Positions 12,241-24,625 of a stretch of 64,000 nt of DNA are shown here, in pieces; position 1 is the stretch's first letter; every line of letters begins with the position of its first letter. The position numbers and the translations under genes are program-made. The stretch covers positions 5,548-69,547 of the forward strand of contig NW_021835976.1 of assembly GCF_006345805.1 (NCBI RefSeq). The letters run 5' to 3'. The notes under the pieces were generated by a model, which saw only the letters and a program-made list of their open reading frames with translations, ran no database searches and had not been told where the DNA came from. The stretch comes from Octopus sinensis (lineage: Eukaryota).

Positions 12241-13371
12241 ATAAGGAGTAAAGATGGTGACAACGCAGATTTTATTTAATCCCATAATGTCTCAATTTCC
12301 GGTTCAGATTGTATACCTGTAACTGTATCCTGACAGTGCATCGTGGGAATGTAGTGAGACTGGCGGTGGGGGCGTGACTCTGGGTCAGCCTCTGTTTGTC
12401 TGTCTCTGTGGCTTGCTGGCTGTCTACCTGGCTGGTTGGTTGGTTGGTGACGTGTCGGTTTGTTTTCTTGTCAAATTGCGTTAATCCGTCTTCACGTACG
12501 CTGTCGCATGTATATGCGCTTGTCTATGTATATTTGTATGCGTGATTATGCATGTGATTTTGAGAGTCTCTGTGTGTCCATATATCAGTAAATATATATT
12601 TAAGACAGTCGTGTGCACAAATAGGCACGATTATAAGTGAGTGTGTGTGTGTGGTGTGTGTGTGCGTGTGTGTGTGTGAATGTGTGAAGTTGCACTTGTG
12701 CATATGTTAGTGAGTGGCTTCGTATATGCATTAGTCTCAATGTGTAATTACGTTGGGTGTATATGCATCAATGCGTACGACTATTTTTGTGTGTGTGTTG
12801 AATGTATGTAGTTGCACTTGTGGATATCTGAATGAGCGGCTTGGCATATGCATTAGTCTCAATATGTAAAGGCGCTGGGGATACATGCATCGAACTGTGT
12901 GTATGTGTTTGCGTATGCGTGTGTTTGTGTGTGTGTTTGCGTGTGTGTGTGCATTTCTGTGTATGCAGATATTTGTTTGTCATTCGCGTATGTGTATACC
13001 TGTGGTTTGGTTTGCATATATATATTGATGTCTTATCGCCTCGCCACTATGTGTGTACGAGTCTTTATATATATCGGTATGTATGTATGCATTTGTTTAG
13101 CTTTGTGTGAGCGTTTATTTACATTTGTATTTGTGTTTGTATATGTATGTTCAAAGTATGCATAATGGCTGTCTCAATTTAATTTTGTTTTAAACTTTTC
13201 ATAATTTTAAATCTAAATAAACTTGACAATACATACAGAAGCACTTAAAAATGATGTTAGCTATTTCTTTGATAATAAAATTTTTATTAGAATATTTTCT
13301 TAAGAAACTTTCGCTGTTTTTTAACTTTCACAACTGCTGAAGTTTACAACAACTGTTGTAACATTTTCTTT

Positions 13372-13570
13372 TATACTCTAGGCACGAGGCTCGAAATTTT
13401 GGGGGTTAAGCCATTCAATTAGATCGACACCAGTATGCAACTGGTACTTAATTTATTGACTCCGAAAGGATGAAAAGCAAAGTCGGCCTCGACAGCATTT
13501 GAACTCAGAACGTAAAGACCGCGCTAAGCATTTCGCCCACGTGCTAACATTCCTGCTAGCCCGCCGCCTT
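13372..13570 (-). mobile_element. SINE family A
   Basis: Family A blocks in reverse orientation. Confidence 0.8.
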
Positions 13571-13599
13571 ATATTTATTGTAAAATGATCTTTTCAGGG

Positions 13600-13980
13600 T
13601 CGATAAATTAAGTACCAGTTACGCACTGGGGTCGATGTAAACGACTTAATCCGTTTGTCTGTCCTTGTTTGTCCCCCTCAGTATTTAGCCCCTTGTGGGT
13701 AGTAAAGAAATATATATCTATTGTAAAATTGCAAAATTTGCTTAAATACGTGAGTCCATTGTATTGTTGATAGTATTATGAGAGTTGCAAGGTTAGCAGC
13801 GAGCTGGAAGAATCGTTAGCGCGACATTTCTTTTAGCTGTTTACATTCTGTGTTCAAATCCTACTAAGGCCAACTTGGCCTTTTATCCCTTCAGGGTTGA
13901 GAAAACAGAGTACTAATTAAATTATGGGATCCATGTAAATGATTAACATTCCCACCATCAACATTTCGGGCCTTGTGCAT
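13600..13980 (+). mobile_element. SINE family A 3' part (~13600-13712) plus a full degraded copy (~13783-13980)
   Basis: GGGTCGATAAATTAAGTACCAG...CTGGGGTCGATGTAA; GCGAGCTGGAAGAATCGTTAGC head at ~13799. Confidence 0.75.
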
Positions 13981-14004
13981 ATATTATTTAATAATGAAAT
14001 AAAT

Positions 14005-14238
14005 GCCCCCTTTTAAAACCTAGCCAGGCTCATGAGCCAGGTTTCCCGGTTTCTATGGCGTATGTGTTCCCCAGCTGGACGGGACGCCAGTCGATCGCAG
14101 CGTTACTCATTTTTGCCAGCAACGTGAATTGAAGTGTTTTGCTCAAGAACACAACGCGTCGCCCGGTCCAGGAATCGAAATCACAATCTTACGATCATGA
14201 TGCTGACACCCTAACCACTAAGCCACGTGCCTCCGCAT
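14005..14238 (-). mobile_element. tRNA-headed SINE family C
   Basis: Reverse complement of a GTGGCTTAGTGGTTAGGGTG...TTCGATTCC head followed by TTCTTGAGCAAAACACTT. Confidence 0.85.
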
Positions 14239-14619
14239 ATATTATATACAAACATTATAGATGACAGCGCAACGGAAGACGTTACGCACATTTCAACACC
14301 CTCAGCGGTTTACTTTCTCTCTTCCGTGACTATGTCTATATTGCCGCCGTTATTTGCCACCAAATGAAATATTTACAGCTCCCACGAACACCGAACTCAT
14401 TACAGTACAATTTCCATGTCGTATAAATTATTGAGTCTACACAGTTGCTCCATCCACCCACCGAACGGGACGCCGGTACATCATAAGGCTAACTTTTTCA
14501 CTTATGGTGGAAATCATTTACAACTAAGTGGACTGGAGTAACTTGAAATATAATGTTTTGTTTGTGGACACAGCTCATCGCCTGGTCTGAGAATCGAAAC
14601 TACGATTTTGCAGTTGTGA

Positions 14620-14800
14620 GTGCAAAGAGAATACAGAGTTATCTTAGAACAAGAGACTAACCACCGAATGAGTGCATTTGACATCAAGCAGAGTCTGGAT
14701 ACCGAAAAGAGATACAAAATATCAGTCATAATCAAGGCATTTGGACTAAATGGTGGCACCATTCACATTCCAAGCACATTTCAGAAACAAAAAAAAAATG
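14620..14800 (+). mobile_element. Possible pogo/Tigger (CENP-B-type) N-terminal HTH remnant
   Basis: FDIKQSLDTEKRYKISVIIKAFGLNGGTIHI loosely resembles the HTH-psq consensus; weak. Confidence 0.3.
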
Positions 14801-14895
14801 CCTTTGCTGATCCACAGCGCTCACAGAATTTGTAGCCTTGCCGAATAGAGTCTTAGGCTGTGCAATGATGACTGTATGTTCAACCGGATTCGATC

Positions 14896-15310
14896 TATAG
14901 AGTGTCCCCAAAACATTGATATCATTTGAAATGTGAATATCTGAGTAACGATATGTCTGAGGCAAACGAAATTAAATAGGCGGGATGCGAATTTTATAAC
15001 TGACTTCACAAAGCTTCACAAATGTTCAATATGCGCACCGCTTGTGATACGGTACGCGTCAAGTCAGTAGACCAGCTCCTGCCAAGTATGCTGTAGTATG
15101 TCTTGCGTAATATTCTCCAGCACCTCAGTGAATCTCTGCTTGGGTTCCTCTAGGCTTGTAGGAATGTAGGGGGATATAAACCAGTCCTTTCGTAGAGATC
15201 CATAGAAAAAAAAATCACAAGGTGTTGAGTCAGGTAAACGTGGTGGCCGTTTCAACAGCACAACGTCATTATTACTGGCATGTCTGACCCAAACTTCGTA
15301 TTTACACATT
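14896..15310 (-). mobile_element. IS630-Tc1-mariner (WPPRSPDLTPCDFFLWG-type) transposon 3' end
   Basis: ORF 15064-15309 reads RPPRLPDSTPCDFFFYGS...LEEPKQRFTEVLENITQDILQHTWQELVY, continuing to GAHIEHL*; TIR-like end TATAGAGTGTCCCCAAAA at 14896. Confidence 0.8.
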
Positions 15311-15499
15311 TTGTTAAAATTTTAGATCATTTGAGCGAGAACTAGCTTTGTTATTTGACTTCGAAATGATATCAATTTTTTTTTGGGGGGGGGGTCCCCA
15401 GTATGTTATCCATCGACCTTACAATGAACTAAATATCAACTAACTGAAAAGTACTGTCAATGGAGATAGGGTAGTGTCGTTAGCTCGAGATCTTTATCC

Positions 15500-15870
15500 T
15501 CATCCCACCACCAACTTCATGTATCCGAAAGGGAAATACAAGTATTCTAAGAGATGTTTCTTTGCTCTTCCGATGCCCACCACCGTACAAATGAATCGTG
15601 ACACATGAGAACTTAAAACACGTCTCACTTTTAGTCAAGAATTTTATTACCGAGCGCTCTGGCCTTCCTAAAGCTGCGATTTTAATGTAATAGAGCATTT
15701 CTGGAACAATTTCAATCAAGATATTAACGCTCGGATATCATCAAAACTCGACAATTTGTTCGATGCCATCAGAGCGATCTGGAAACAAGTTATCATTTCA
15801 CGATGCCAATGGCTAATAAAATTGATAACTCACAGATGTTGCTAAAACATTGAGTGAAAAGACTACACTA
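15500..15870 (+). mobile_element. Tc1 transposase C-terminal remnant
   Basis: WPS*SCDFNVIEHFWNN...LFDAIRAIWKQV at ~15660-15800, a decayed WPSQSPDLNPIE motif. Confidence 0.65.
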
Positions 15871-16246
15871 GATATTAATCTGCGAATATATTTGATTCAC
15901 AATGAAGTCGTTTATTTCGATAATAATAATAATGTTTACACTTCCATTTTTTGAACATATGTCATCTTGAATTTTTCAGTCAAAAGAAAAAAATAATGAA
16001 TAAAAACACATTAAGAGAAAAATATTTTAAATTATTTTTCGGAACGGTGAATCATGAAGCAGATAAATTCATTAATAATAGCGTGTACATATTGTGTTAA
16101 AACAACAACTTTGTATAGAAAAAAGTTCTGAGGCACGAAACTAAATGCCCTGTAAACAGAACAGGCGTTCCACCAGTGGACTCCGATTTTTCTATCCAAA
16201 GAATTTAAAACCCAATAATTACGCGCAGATATTTGTAGCTTCATCT

Positions 16247-16610
16247 ATGGCGGTGAGCTGACTGATCCGTCAACCATCTTCATGTTGTGAGTTCAAATTC
16301 GCCGAGGTCGACTTTGCTTTACATATTTCGGAGTCTATGAAAGAAGTACCAGTCGAGGACTGGGGGTCGATGTAATCGACTTACTCCCTCCCCTCAAAAT
16401 TACTGGCCATGTATCAAAATTTATAACCAATATCATAGATTCAACTGTAAAATACTTAATGGCATTCTGGGTTCAAATCCCTCCAGGGTAGACTTTGCGT
16501 TTCATCTGTTTAGAGTAGATAAATAAGTACCTGTTCAGCACTAGGATCGATGTAAGCAAGCTACACGCTTTCTAGATTTTACTGGCCCTGTGCGAGATTT
16601 TGGAAGCAAT
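16247..16610 (+). mobile_element. Two SINE family A copies (second degraded)
   Basis: GAGTTCAAATT-CGCCGAGGTCGACTTTGC B-box region; second copy GGGTTCAAATCCC...GACTTTGCGTTTCATC. Confidence 0.75.
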
Positions 16611-16832
16611 ATTTATTGCTTAATCTACGTCAAAATTCCCCGCCCCCGAAATAATTATTCTACTTGCTTGACGTTTCTGAACTCTTAATTCAAATTAATA
16701 TTTTCTTTATTTAATAAACTAGTTTCATAAAATACTGAAGTACATATCTATATATGTATATATATGTATTTATCTCTCTCTCTATCTCTCTCTTCCTCAC
16801 TCTCTCTCTCTGTATATGAATATATATATATA

Positions 16833-16876
<44 letters not shown>

Positions 16877-16936
16877 TACATACATACATACACAGACATA
16901 CACACACACACATATATGTATATGTATGTTATATGG

Positions 16937-17349
16937 GTACAAGACGTCACAAACTGTACACAATGTGAAAACAAAAGCGTTGAATGCATAAACAACGAGA
17001 GAAACAAAACGAAAACATAAAGAACGATCCTTCATCAGTTGTCGGCTGTCCATCTACACCGCAAACGCTTCTTTTCCTTCGGTTTCCTTGTATGTCTCCA
17101 CTGTCCTGCTTTTGTTACCAAATTTGACTCTCCACAAATCCCAAATTTTATATTGGTTTGAAGGAGCAACTGCCTTTGAAGACTCATATTGTGGTTCAAT
17201 GCTCGAAATGAGGAGTAGATGGACAGCCAACAATGGATGAAGGTTCGTTCCTTATGTTACTTGTCCTGTTTTCCATTTGTTTCTCTCGTTGTTTATGTAG
17301 TCTTTTGTGTTCGTATTCCATGTTGTTCATAGTTTGTGACGTCCTGTAC
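16937..17349. repeat. Foldback element with diverged arms (16937-17057 / 17215-17349)
   Basis: Shared blocks GTACA-GACGTCACAAACT, CATAAACAACGAGAGAAACAAA and GGCTGTCCATCTAC in inverted orientation. Confidence 0.85.
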
Positions 17350-18189
17350 ACCTATATGCATACATATATGTGTATGTATGTACTATACATATATATGCAT
17401 ATATAATTTATATTACGTTTGTGTGTGTGTGTGTGTAGTTTTTTTGTCGCGATTCTTCTTGTTTCAGTGTTCTGATGTGTAGAATGGATAGGCTATGTGC
17501 TAAGAACGTGCAGACTGCTTAGAAACACGAGGTGAGTCATAAAAACATGCTCAGACTCGCTTCTCCAATACATGAAACTGTTTGTAGCTCGCATCGTTTA
17601 ATTTTATACATTAAATTATGTTTAACTCCTAGAAGATTTAACTCCTGACATTGCGAGAAAATGAAAGAAAATTTTAGAATTTATTCTTTCTGTGCGACTA
17701 GTACCAAATGTTCCACGGACTAATACTGGGTGCTAAGGTATTGCAGACGTGGTTGGTAGTTTGAACTGAAAATGAGATACAGTGACGTTAGGATGGTACT
17801 ATTTTAACACCTGTAACTCTTGAATATTTCTGATATCCATAGGTATGTGAAAATAGGCGGAAAGCACAGTCTAATAGAAATGTCCTAGTGCTGCTTCGGT
17901 CAGGTCAGATCAGTTCAAGCCAGGAAAATCCAGTTACTGGTATCATGTCACCCTGTACTTACTTTCTTCTCCCACCTGCTTTGCACGGGGAAGGATGATG
18001 TTGAGGACCTCTTGGTGGACTCAAGATAAGGCCTATCAAAGCTCAAATGAGCTCCCTATGATCCAACGGCCATTCACACGAGTAATATCTCATGAAAACA
18101 TCCCGCATGTGGGATGGCAATCTTTGCACCTAGCCGAAGGCCGTATCCACGAAAGCTACAATACAAGACATATTGTGCCCTCGAGTTGG

Positions 18190-18405
18190 ACTCAATGTCC
18201 ATGAGCGATGTGGTGTAGAGCAAGCAAGATTTTGCTGTTAGCATCTATAAAGCACCTGGTACTCACTGTGGTTGACGCTAGGAAGGACTTATCACCACAG
18301 AAACCAGGTCAAAGCAAACACTGAAGCGCGATGCAATTTTGGTCCTACTTTGAATCCTACTTTAAATCCCGTCCAAACCATGATGCGATGGAACATGGGT
18401 ATTAT

Positions 18406-18420
<15 letters not shown>
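18190..18420 (+). mobile_element. RTE-type LINE/SINE 3' end ending in (GAT)n
   Basis: GGTACTCACTGTGGTTGACGCTAGGAAGG...CCGTCCAAACCATG...ATGATGATG tail, resembling RTE 3' termini. Confidence 0.55.
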
Positions 18421-18436
<16 letters not shown>

Positions 18437-19211
18437 GGAGGAGGAGAGGAGGAGGAGGAGGAGGAGGAGGTAGAGGGAGGTGAAGTTTATGATGATGATG
18501 ATGGTAATCATTATGAAGTGGTGGAGAATGATGAATGTGATGATGGTGGCGATGCTGCTGCGGCTGCTACTGCTGCCACTGATGATGATGATGGTGATGA
18601 AGTTGATGGTGACGACGACGACGACGACGACGATGATGATGATGAGGATGATGATGATGATGATGAACCGCAATTTCCACTTGCAAGAATTAGTAGCTAA
18701 ATACTCGTCACCATGGTTATTTAAAGAGGCAGCACACGTAATGAAGAGCCCCATCGTTGTTTCTAACCTTGTTGTTGTTGTTATCGGTGGTGGTGGTGGT
18801 GGTGGTGGTGGTGGTGGTGGTGATGATTGTGGTGATAAAGGCTGTGGTAACGGTTGCGGTCGGGCTGGCGGTGCTGCTGGCGCTGTTGTAGTCGTTCATG
18901 ATGATGATGATGACGACGACGACGATGATGATCATGATGATGATGATGACGACGATGACGACGACGATGATGCTGCACGTGATAAATATTGTTGAAGGTA
19001 TTGTTTAATGTACCGTTATCACTGTTGTTGGTCTTTGTTCTTTCCGTTTTTTTCTTCTTCTTCTTCTAAACGATCACATTGTTCGAGGTGTTTCCTACTC
19101 TACTTTTGTTGTTGTTAGTATCGCTATTGTTGTTGTTTTAGCTGTTGTTGTTGCAGTTGTTGTAAATGATATTGTTAAAAGTATTTCTTTATTGTACCTT
19201 CATTATTATTA

Positions 19212-19290
<79 letters not shown>

Positions 19291-19424
19291 CATTGTCGTT
19301 ATTGTTGCTGTTGATGATGATGATAATGAGGATAATGTTGTTTTCAGAAATCAGGATATTGTGAGAAGTATTTCTTAATGCACCGTTATTGTTACTGTGG
19401 TATTGTCATTGCTGTGATTATTGC

Positions 19425-19464
<40 letters not shown>

Positions 19465-19589
19465 AATACTGTTAACGATATTAATACGCTGTTTGTTATT
19501 GTTGTAAATGCAATTGTATTTGGAAATGACAGATGTAATGTTTAAATGCACCATTGTTATTGTTCGTATTATTATTATTATTATTATTA

Positions 19590-19637
<48 letters not shown>

Positions 19638-19760
19638 TGTTGTTGTTGTTATTATTAATGAATCTGCTTTTGTTGTTGCTTTTATTTTTATTAACATTAT
19701 TCGAATGCTTACGTATCGTTGTTGTTATTGTTGTACATGATAATGTCCTAAATAATACCA
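18405..19760. repeat. (GAT)n/(GGA)n/(GGT)n/(GTT)n/(ATT)n compound trinucleotide block
   Basis: Directly visible; source of poly-D/M/I/N ORFs. Confidence 0.95.
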
Positions 19761-20067
19761 TTTATAGTCGCTAATGTTGCTGTTGTTGTTATCGTTCCAG
19801 TTGCTATTTACTATTATTGTTGTTATCCTTTATTCTTTGTATTTCTTTATTTGTTATCTTTTTCATTATTAGCAGTTGTTTTTCTAACGTTTTTGTTTGT
19901 TTCTCTCTTCGTTGTTATTTGATGTTGTTTTTGTTGTTTTTGAAATGTGCAATACGTTTTTGTTATTTGTTTTTTTTTTGTGGTATCATTTTAATTGCAA
20001 TATTATAGTTGATGTTGACGCTGTTATTACTTTTACTGTGATTGCTGTAACCATTATTATTTACTGT

Positions 20068-20500
20068 TCTAAGCCAGCGAATTGGCAGAATCTTTAGCAC
20101 GCAGTGCGAAATGCTTTACGGTGTTTCGCCTGCCACTAAGTTCTCAGTTCAAATTCCGCCGAGGTCGACTTTGCCTTTCATCCTTTCGAGGTCGATAAAT
20201 TAAACACCAGTAATCGACTAGTCCCCTCCCCTCTAAATTTCAGGCCTTGTACCTTTAGTAGAAAGGATCATTATTTATTGTTCTAAGACAGCAAGCTGGC
20301 AGAATTGTTAGCACGCCGGGTAAAATGCTTGGCAGCATTTCGTCCGTCATTACGTTCAGATTTCAAATTCCACTGAGGTCGACCTTGTTTTTCATCTTTC
20401 GGGGTCGATGAATTAAGAATCGGTGAAACACTGGGTTTCATGTAATCGACTCATCCCTTCCCCCAAATTTCTGGCCTTGAGCCTGTAGCAGAAGGGACAA
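20068..20500 (+). mobile_element. Two tandem SINE family A copies
   Basis: TGGCAGAAT head and GTTCAAATTCCGCCGAGGTCGAC; both preceded by a similar (T)TTA(C/T)TGTTCTAAG flank. Confidence 0.85.
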
Positions 20501-20719
20501 TTAAGTTACTGTTCTTTCTACTATCATTGAATAGGGCGGTGGAGTGATAGATCGTTAGAGCATCCAACAGACATACTTTGCTGCAGTTGTCTTGCTGTTT
20601 GACCTTAGGGTTTGAATTTGGTTTGTCTCATGATCCATTCCAGCCTTCAACCTTCTTAATTCGATAAAATAAAGCACTAGTCACATAGGATATAGCATAA
20701 AGTTCCTTCCTCATTGATA

Positions 20720-20942
20720 TAAACTCATAGAGCTGGTTTCCCGGTTTCCGTGGCGTATATAATCCCTATATGGATAGGATGCCGGTTCGTCACAGGAATA
20801 CTCATTTTGTCTAGCTGAGTGGACTAGAAGAACGAGAAATGGAGTGCTTTGCTCAAGAACACTACACGACGCCCAGTTCAGGAACTGAAACCACAATCTT
20901 ACGATCATGAGTTCAAGACCCTAACCACTAAGCCACGCGCCT
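20720..20942 (-). mobile_element. SINE family C
   Basis: GCTGAGTGGACT...GCTCAAGAACAC...CCTAACCACTAAGCCACGCGC. Confidence 0.85.
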
Positions 20943-20999
20943 GCAGCCCAGTTACAAGCTGAGTTGATATAATCGACTGGAATAAGACGTTTGAGTATA

Positions 21000-21241
21000 G
21001 ACAATTTGGTACGGCTAGAGATATTAGAATTTATTACGGTACAAGTCGGTGTCGTAATATAGCGTGAAAATTTAGTGTAAACATCCAAGCATTGTAACTA
21101 TCTTTCAAATTCCTGTGGTGTTTCGTATGGAATTTTTAGTCCTCCAATGTTGTCTCGGTGTATATGTTGACCAACCTATTTTGGCTCTAAATCTTGGTCT
21201 GAAATACAACGTATTTGACTTGTATCCTGGAAAATGCGGTA
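21000..21241. mobile_element. Possible pogo/Tigger-like MITE right end
   Basis: GACTTGTATCCTGGAAAATGCGGTA at ~21217-21241 resembles a CCGTA-type TIR; matching left TIR not clear. Confidence 0.35.
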
Positions 21242-21899
21242 ATTCATCACAATTGATATAAGAACATTCTCTTTTATCATACTCATAGAGAAATATGTTG
21301 ACGCACATAAGCAGAAGGAAAGGGAGGGGGGGAGAAAACGAATGAAATATTAGAAGTTCGACGTCAAATAAGTCAGCGTCGAATCAACGACGCCGAATAC
21401 GTGATACAACAACGCGTAAAGGAAAACATCCCATCAATTAGATTTATATTTAAGAAATAAGGAATTATTTACAAACAACAAACAAGATGAGGACAAGTAT
21501 CCGTCAAATGTAAAAAAAGTAAATCCCATCTCATAATCAACTATAATATGTGCCAACAGGCAACAATATATTTCTATCCATTAAACTTTATGATTGAGAG
21601 TTCTACGTATGGTACCATCGTACTCATAACAGAAGTCCAATACGGATTTCGTACAACCGGAAAAACTTGGAATTTCTGGTACGTCCCGATTTGGTCTTCG
21701 CATTCCAAACTGCACGGGAAGCATCATTTTATATATGAAATATTTAAAATTTTCCTTCCCGAATTGTAAAGAAGTATTTGTCTTGCATTTTAGGTATCTC
21801 GTGTTCTCCGTCCACAGCCCTTACTCGCAAAAAAAAAAATTGAAGAAAACTTTATCGTTCAACTGTTTTATTATGAGCATTATATATTGCTAAGATTAT

Positions 21900-21950
21900 A
21901 ACGACGACGACTACGGTGACCATTTTCATCGGTAGCAGCAACAGTGATAA

Positions 21951-21983
<33 letters not shown>

Positions 21984-22151
21984 GATTACCACCACCACCA
22001 CCACTACCACCAGCGTCATCACGCTCACCGAGAACACCACTACCACCAGCAATGACGGCGTCACCGCAACCACCATCACAATCATCATCATCGTCGTTAT
22101 CATCACCACCGCCACCAACAACATCACCCTCTCCATCATCATCATCAACGG

Positions 22152-22195
<44 letters not shown>

Positions 22196-22346
22196 CCACC
22201 ACCACCACCACTACCACCACCGTCTTCACGTTCACCAAGAACACCACCACTACCACCAACAATAACGGCATCACCGCAAACACTATCATAATCACCATCA
22301 TCGTCGTTGTCATCACCACCACCACCATCACCACCATCACCACCAT

Positions 22347-22378
<32 letters not shown>

Positions 22379-22470
22379 CCACCAGCGTCATCATCATCAT
22401 CATCATCATCATCATCACCACCATTATCATCATCATCATCGCCATCATCATCGCCATCATCATCACCATC

Positions 22471-22502
<32 letters not shown>

Positions 22503-22562
22503 CATCATCGCCCTCATCAACACCATCATCATCATCATCATCATCATCGCCCTCATCATCAC

Positions 22563-22600
<38 letters not shown>

Positions 22601-22718
22601 CAAGCATCATCATCATCCCCATCATCATCATCATCCCATCATCATCACCATTGTCGCCAACATCATCACCATCATCATCACCATCATCATCATCATCATC
22701 ATCACCAGCATCATCATC

Positions 22719-22750
<32 letters not shown>

Positions 22751-22807
22751 CATCGCCATCATCATCACCATCATCATCATCATCATCATCATCGCCATCA
22801 TCATCAC

Positions 22808-22849
<42 letters not shown>

Positions 22850-22976
22850 TACCATCATCATCATCATCACCATCACCAGCATCATCATCATCATCATCAT
22901 CATCTTTATTACCATCATCATCACCATCACCATCATCATCATCACCATCATCATCATCACCATCATCTTCATCACC

Positions 22977-23042
<66 letters not shown>

Positions 23043-23271
23043 GTCATCCTTATCCTCACCAGCATCAACGAGTTTAATGTTAATGAACTCTTTCTGAACA
23101 CAACATTATTATTGACGAATCTATCGTCGTCATCGTAGACATCATTGGTTGACGTTGTTATGTTCTTGGGCTCCATTCATGTTGCTTCTTCTGCGGCACA
23201 TTTATATACCCCCCCCCCACCGCACCCCTATCAACTATTATCCTGCCTGCTATTGCTACTGCTGCTGTAAC

Positions 23272-23314
<43 letters not shown>

Positions 23315-23547
23315 CATGTTCTTGTTGATGGGTGTTTATATTGTTCTTATTGTCGTTATTGTTTATATTGCTGTTGTTGTTGCTATTGAAAAGGACCATG
23401 TTTGTTTGTTTTTATTATAGTTGTTGTCTTTAATTTTGTTCCTGATATTTCAACTGTTGCTACTACCTCGATTCTTCATCGTCATCATCATCATCATCAT
23501 CATCATCATTATCATCAACATCATCATCATCATCATCAACATCATCC

Positions 23548-23585
<38 letters not shown>

Positions 23586-23673
23586 GTCATAGTCGTCGTC
23601 GTCGTTGTCGCCGTCGTCACAATCTTCTTTTTCTTCTTCTTCATCATCATCACCATCAGCTCGATCTTCCATC

Positions 23674-23731
<58 letters not shown>

Positions 23732-23789
23732 GTTGTTGTTGTTGTTGTTGTTATTAATGTCGTTATTATTAACAATATCTTTCACATTT

Positions 23790-23838
<49 letters not shown>

Positions 23839-24201
23839 CATCATCATCATCACCATCATCATCACTATCATCATCATCATCATCATCATTATCAACATCA
23901 TTATTATTATTATTATTGTTGTTGTTATTCTCGTTGCTTCTGTAATTGTTGCTTCTGCAGCCCCCACTGCAGCTACTACTGCAACTGTTCTCCTTCTCGC
24001 TGTTGTTACCGTTGCCATGGCAATGGCAATATTTCAAAGGGAGCCATAATGAAATTTATATTTCGAGATGACGACGCGGTTATTAAAACCATCACCTCAC
24101 GTGGTGTGAATGGCGTGGTGTAGGAACCAAGAGGGGCCTGGTGTAGTGTGCAGGTGGGTGCTGCATTGAAGCAACGTGGTTGAGTTAGTAGTAGTAGTCG
24201 C

Positions 24202-24236
<35 letters not shown>

Positions 24237-24390
24237 CAGTAGCAGTAGTAGTAGTGTAGTAGTAGTAGTAGTAGTAGCAGTAGCAGTAGTAGTAGTAATA
24301 GTAGTTGTAGTAGTAGCAGTAGTAGTAGTCGTAGAGAATAGGTGTTGGTGTTTGTTATGGTAGTGATTGTGGTAGTGATGGTACTATTGA

Positions 24391-24423
<33 letters not shown>

Positions 24424-24579
24424 TGGTCGCGTAGGTGGAAATGGTAATGTTAGTGACTTTTCGTGGTAGTCCTGGTGGTGGTGGTGATGCAGGTGGTTGT
24501 AATGGTGGTGGTTGTAGTGGTGTTGGTGTTGTTGTTGGTGGTGCTGCTGCTGATGATAACGATGGTGATGATGATGATA

Positions 24580-24625
<46 letters not shown>

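Noticed and set aside
12300-12480. GC-box/promoter-like sequence (GGGGCGTGAC)
   Set aside because: A single motif with no associated exon or TSS evidence
21916-23097. 393-aa ORF, the longest in the window
   Set aside because: Pure (ATC)n/(ACC)n repeat that lacks stops by composition
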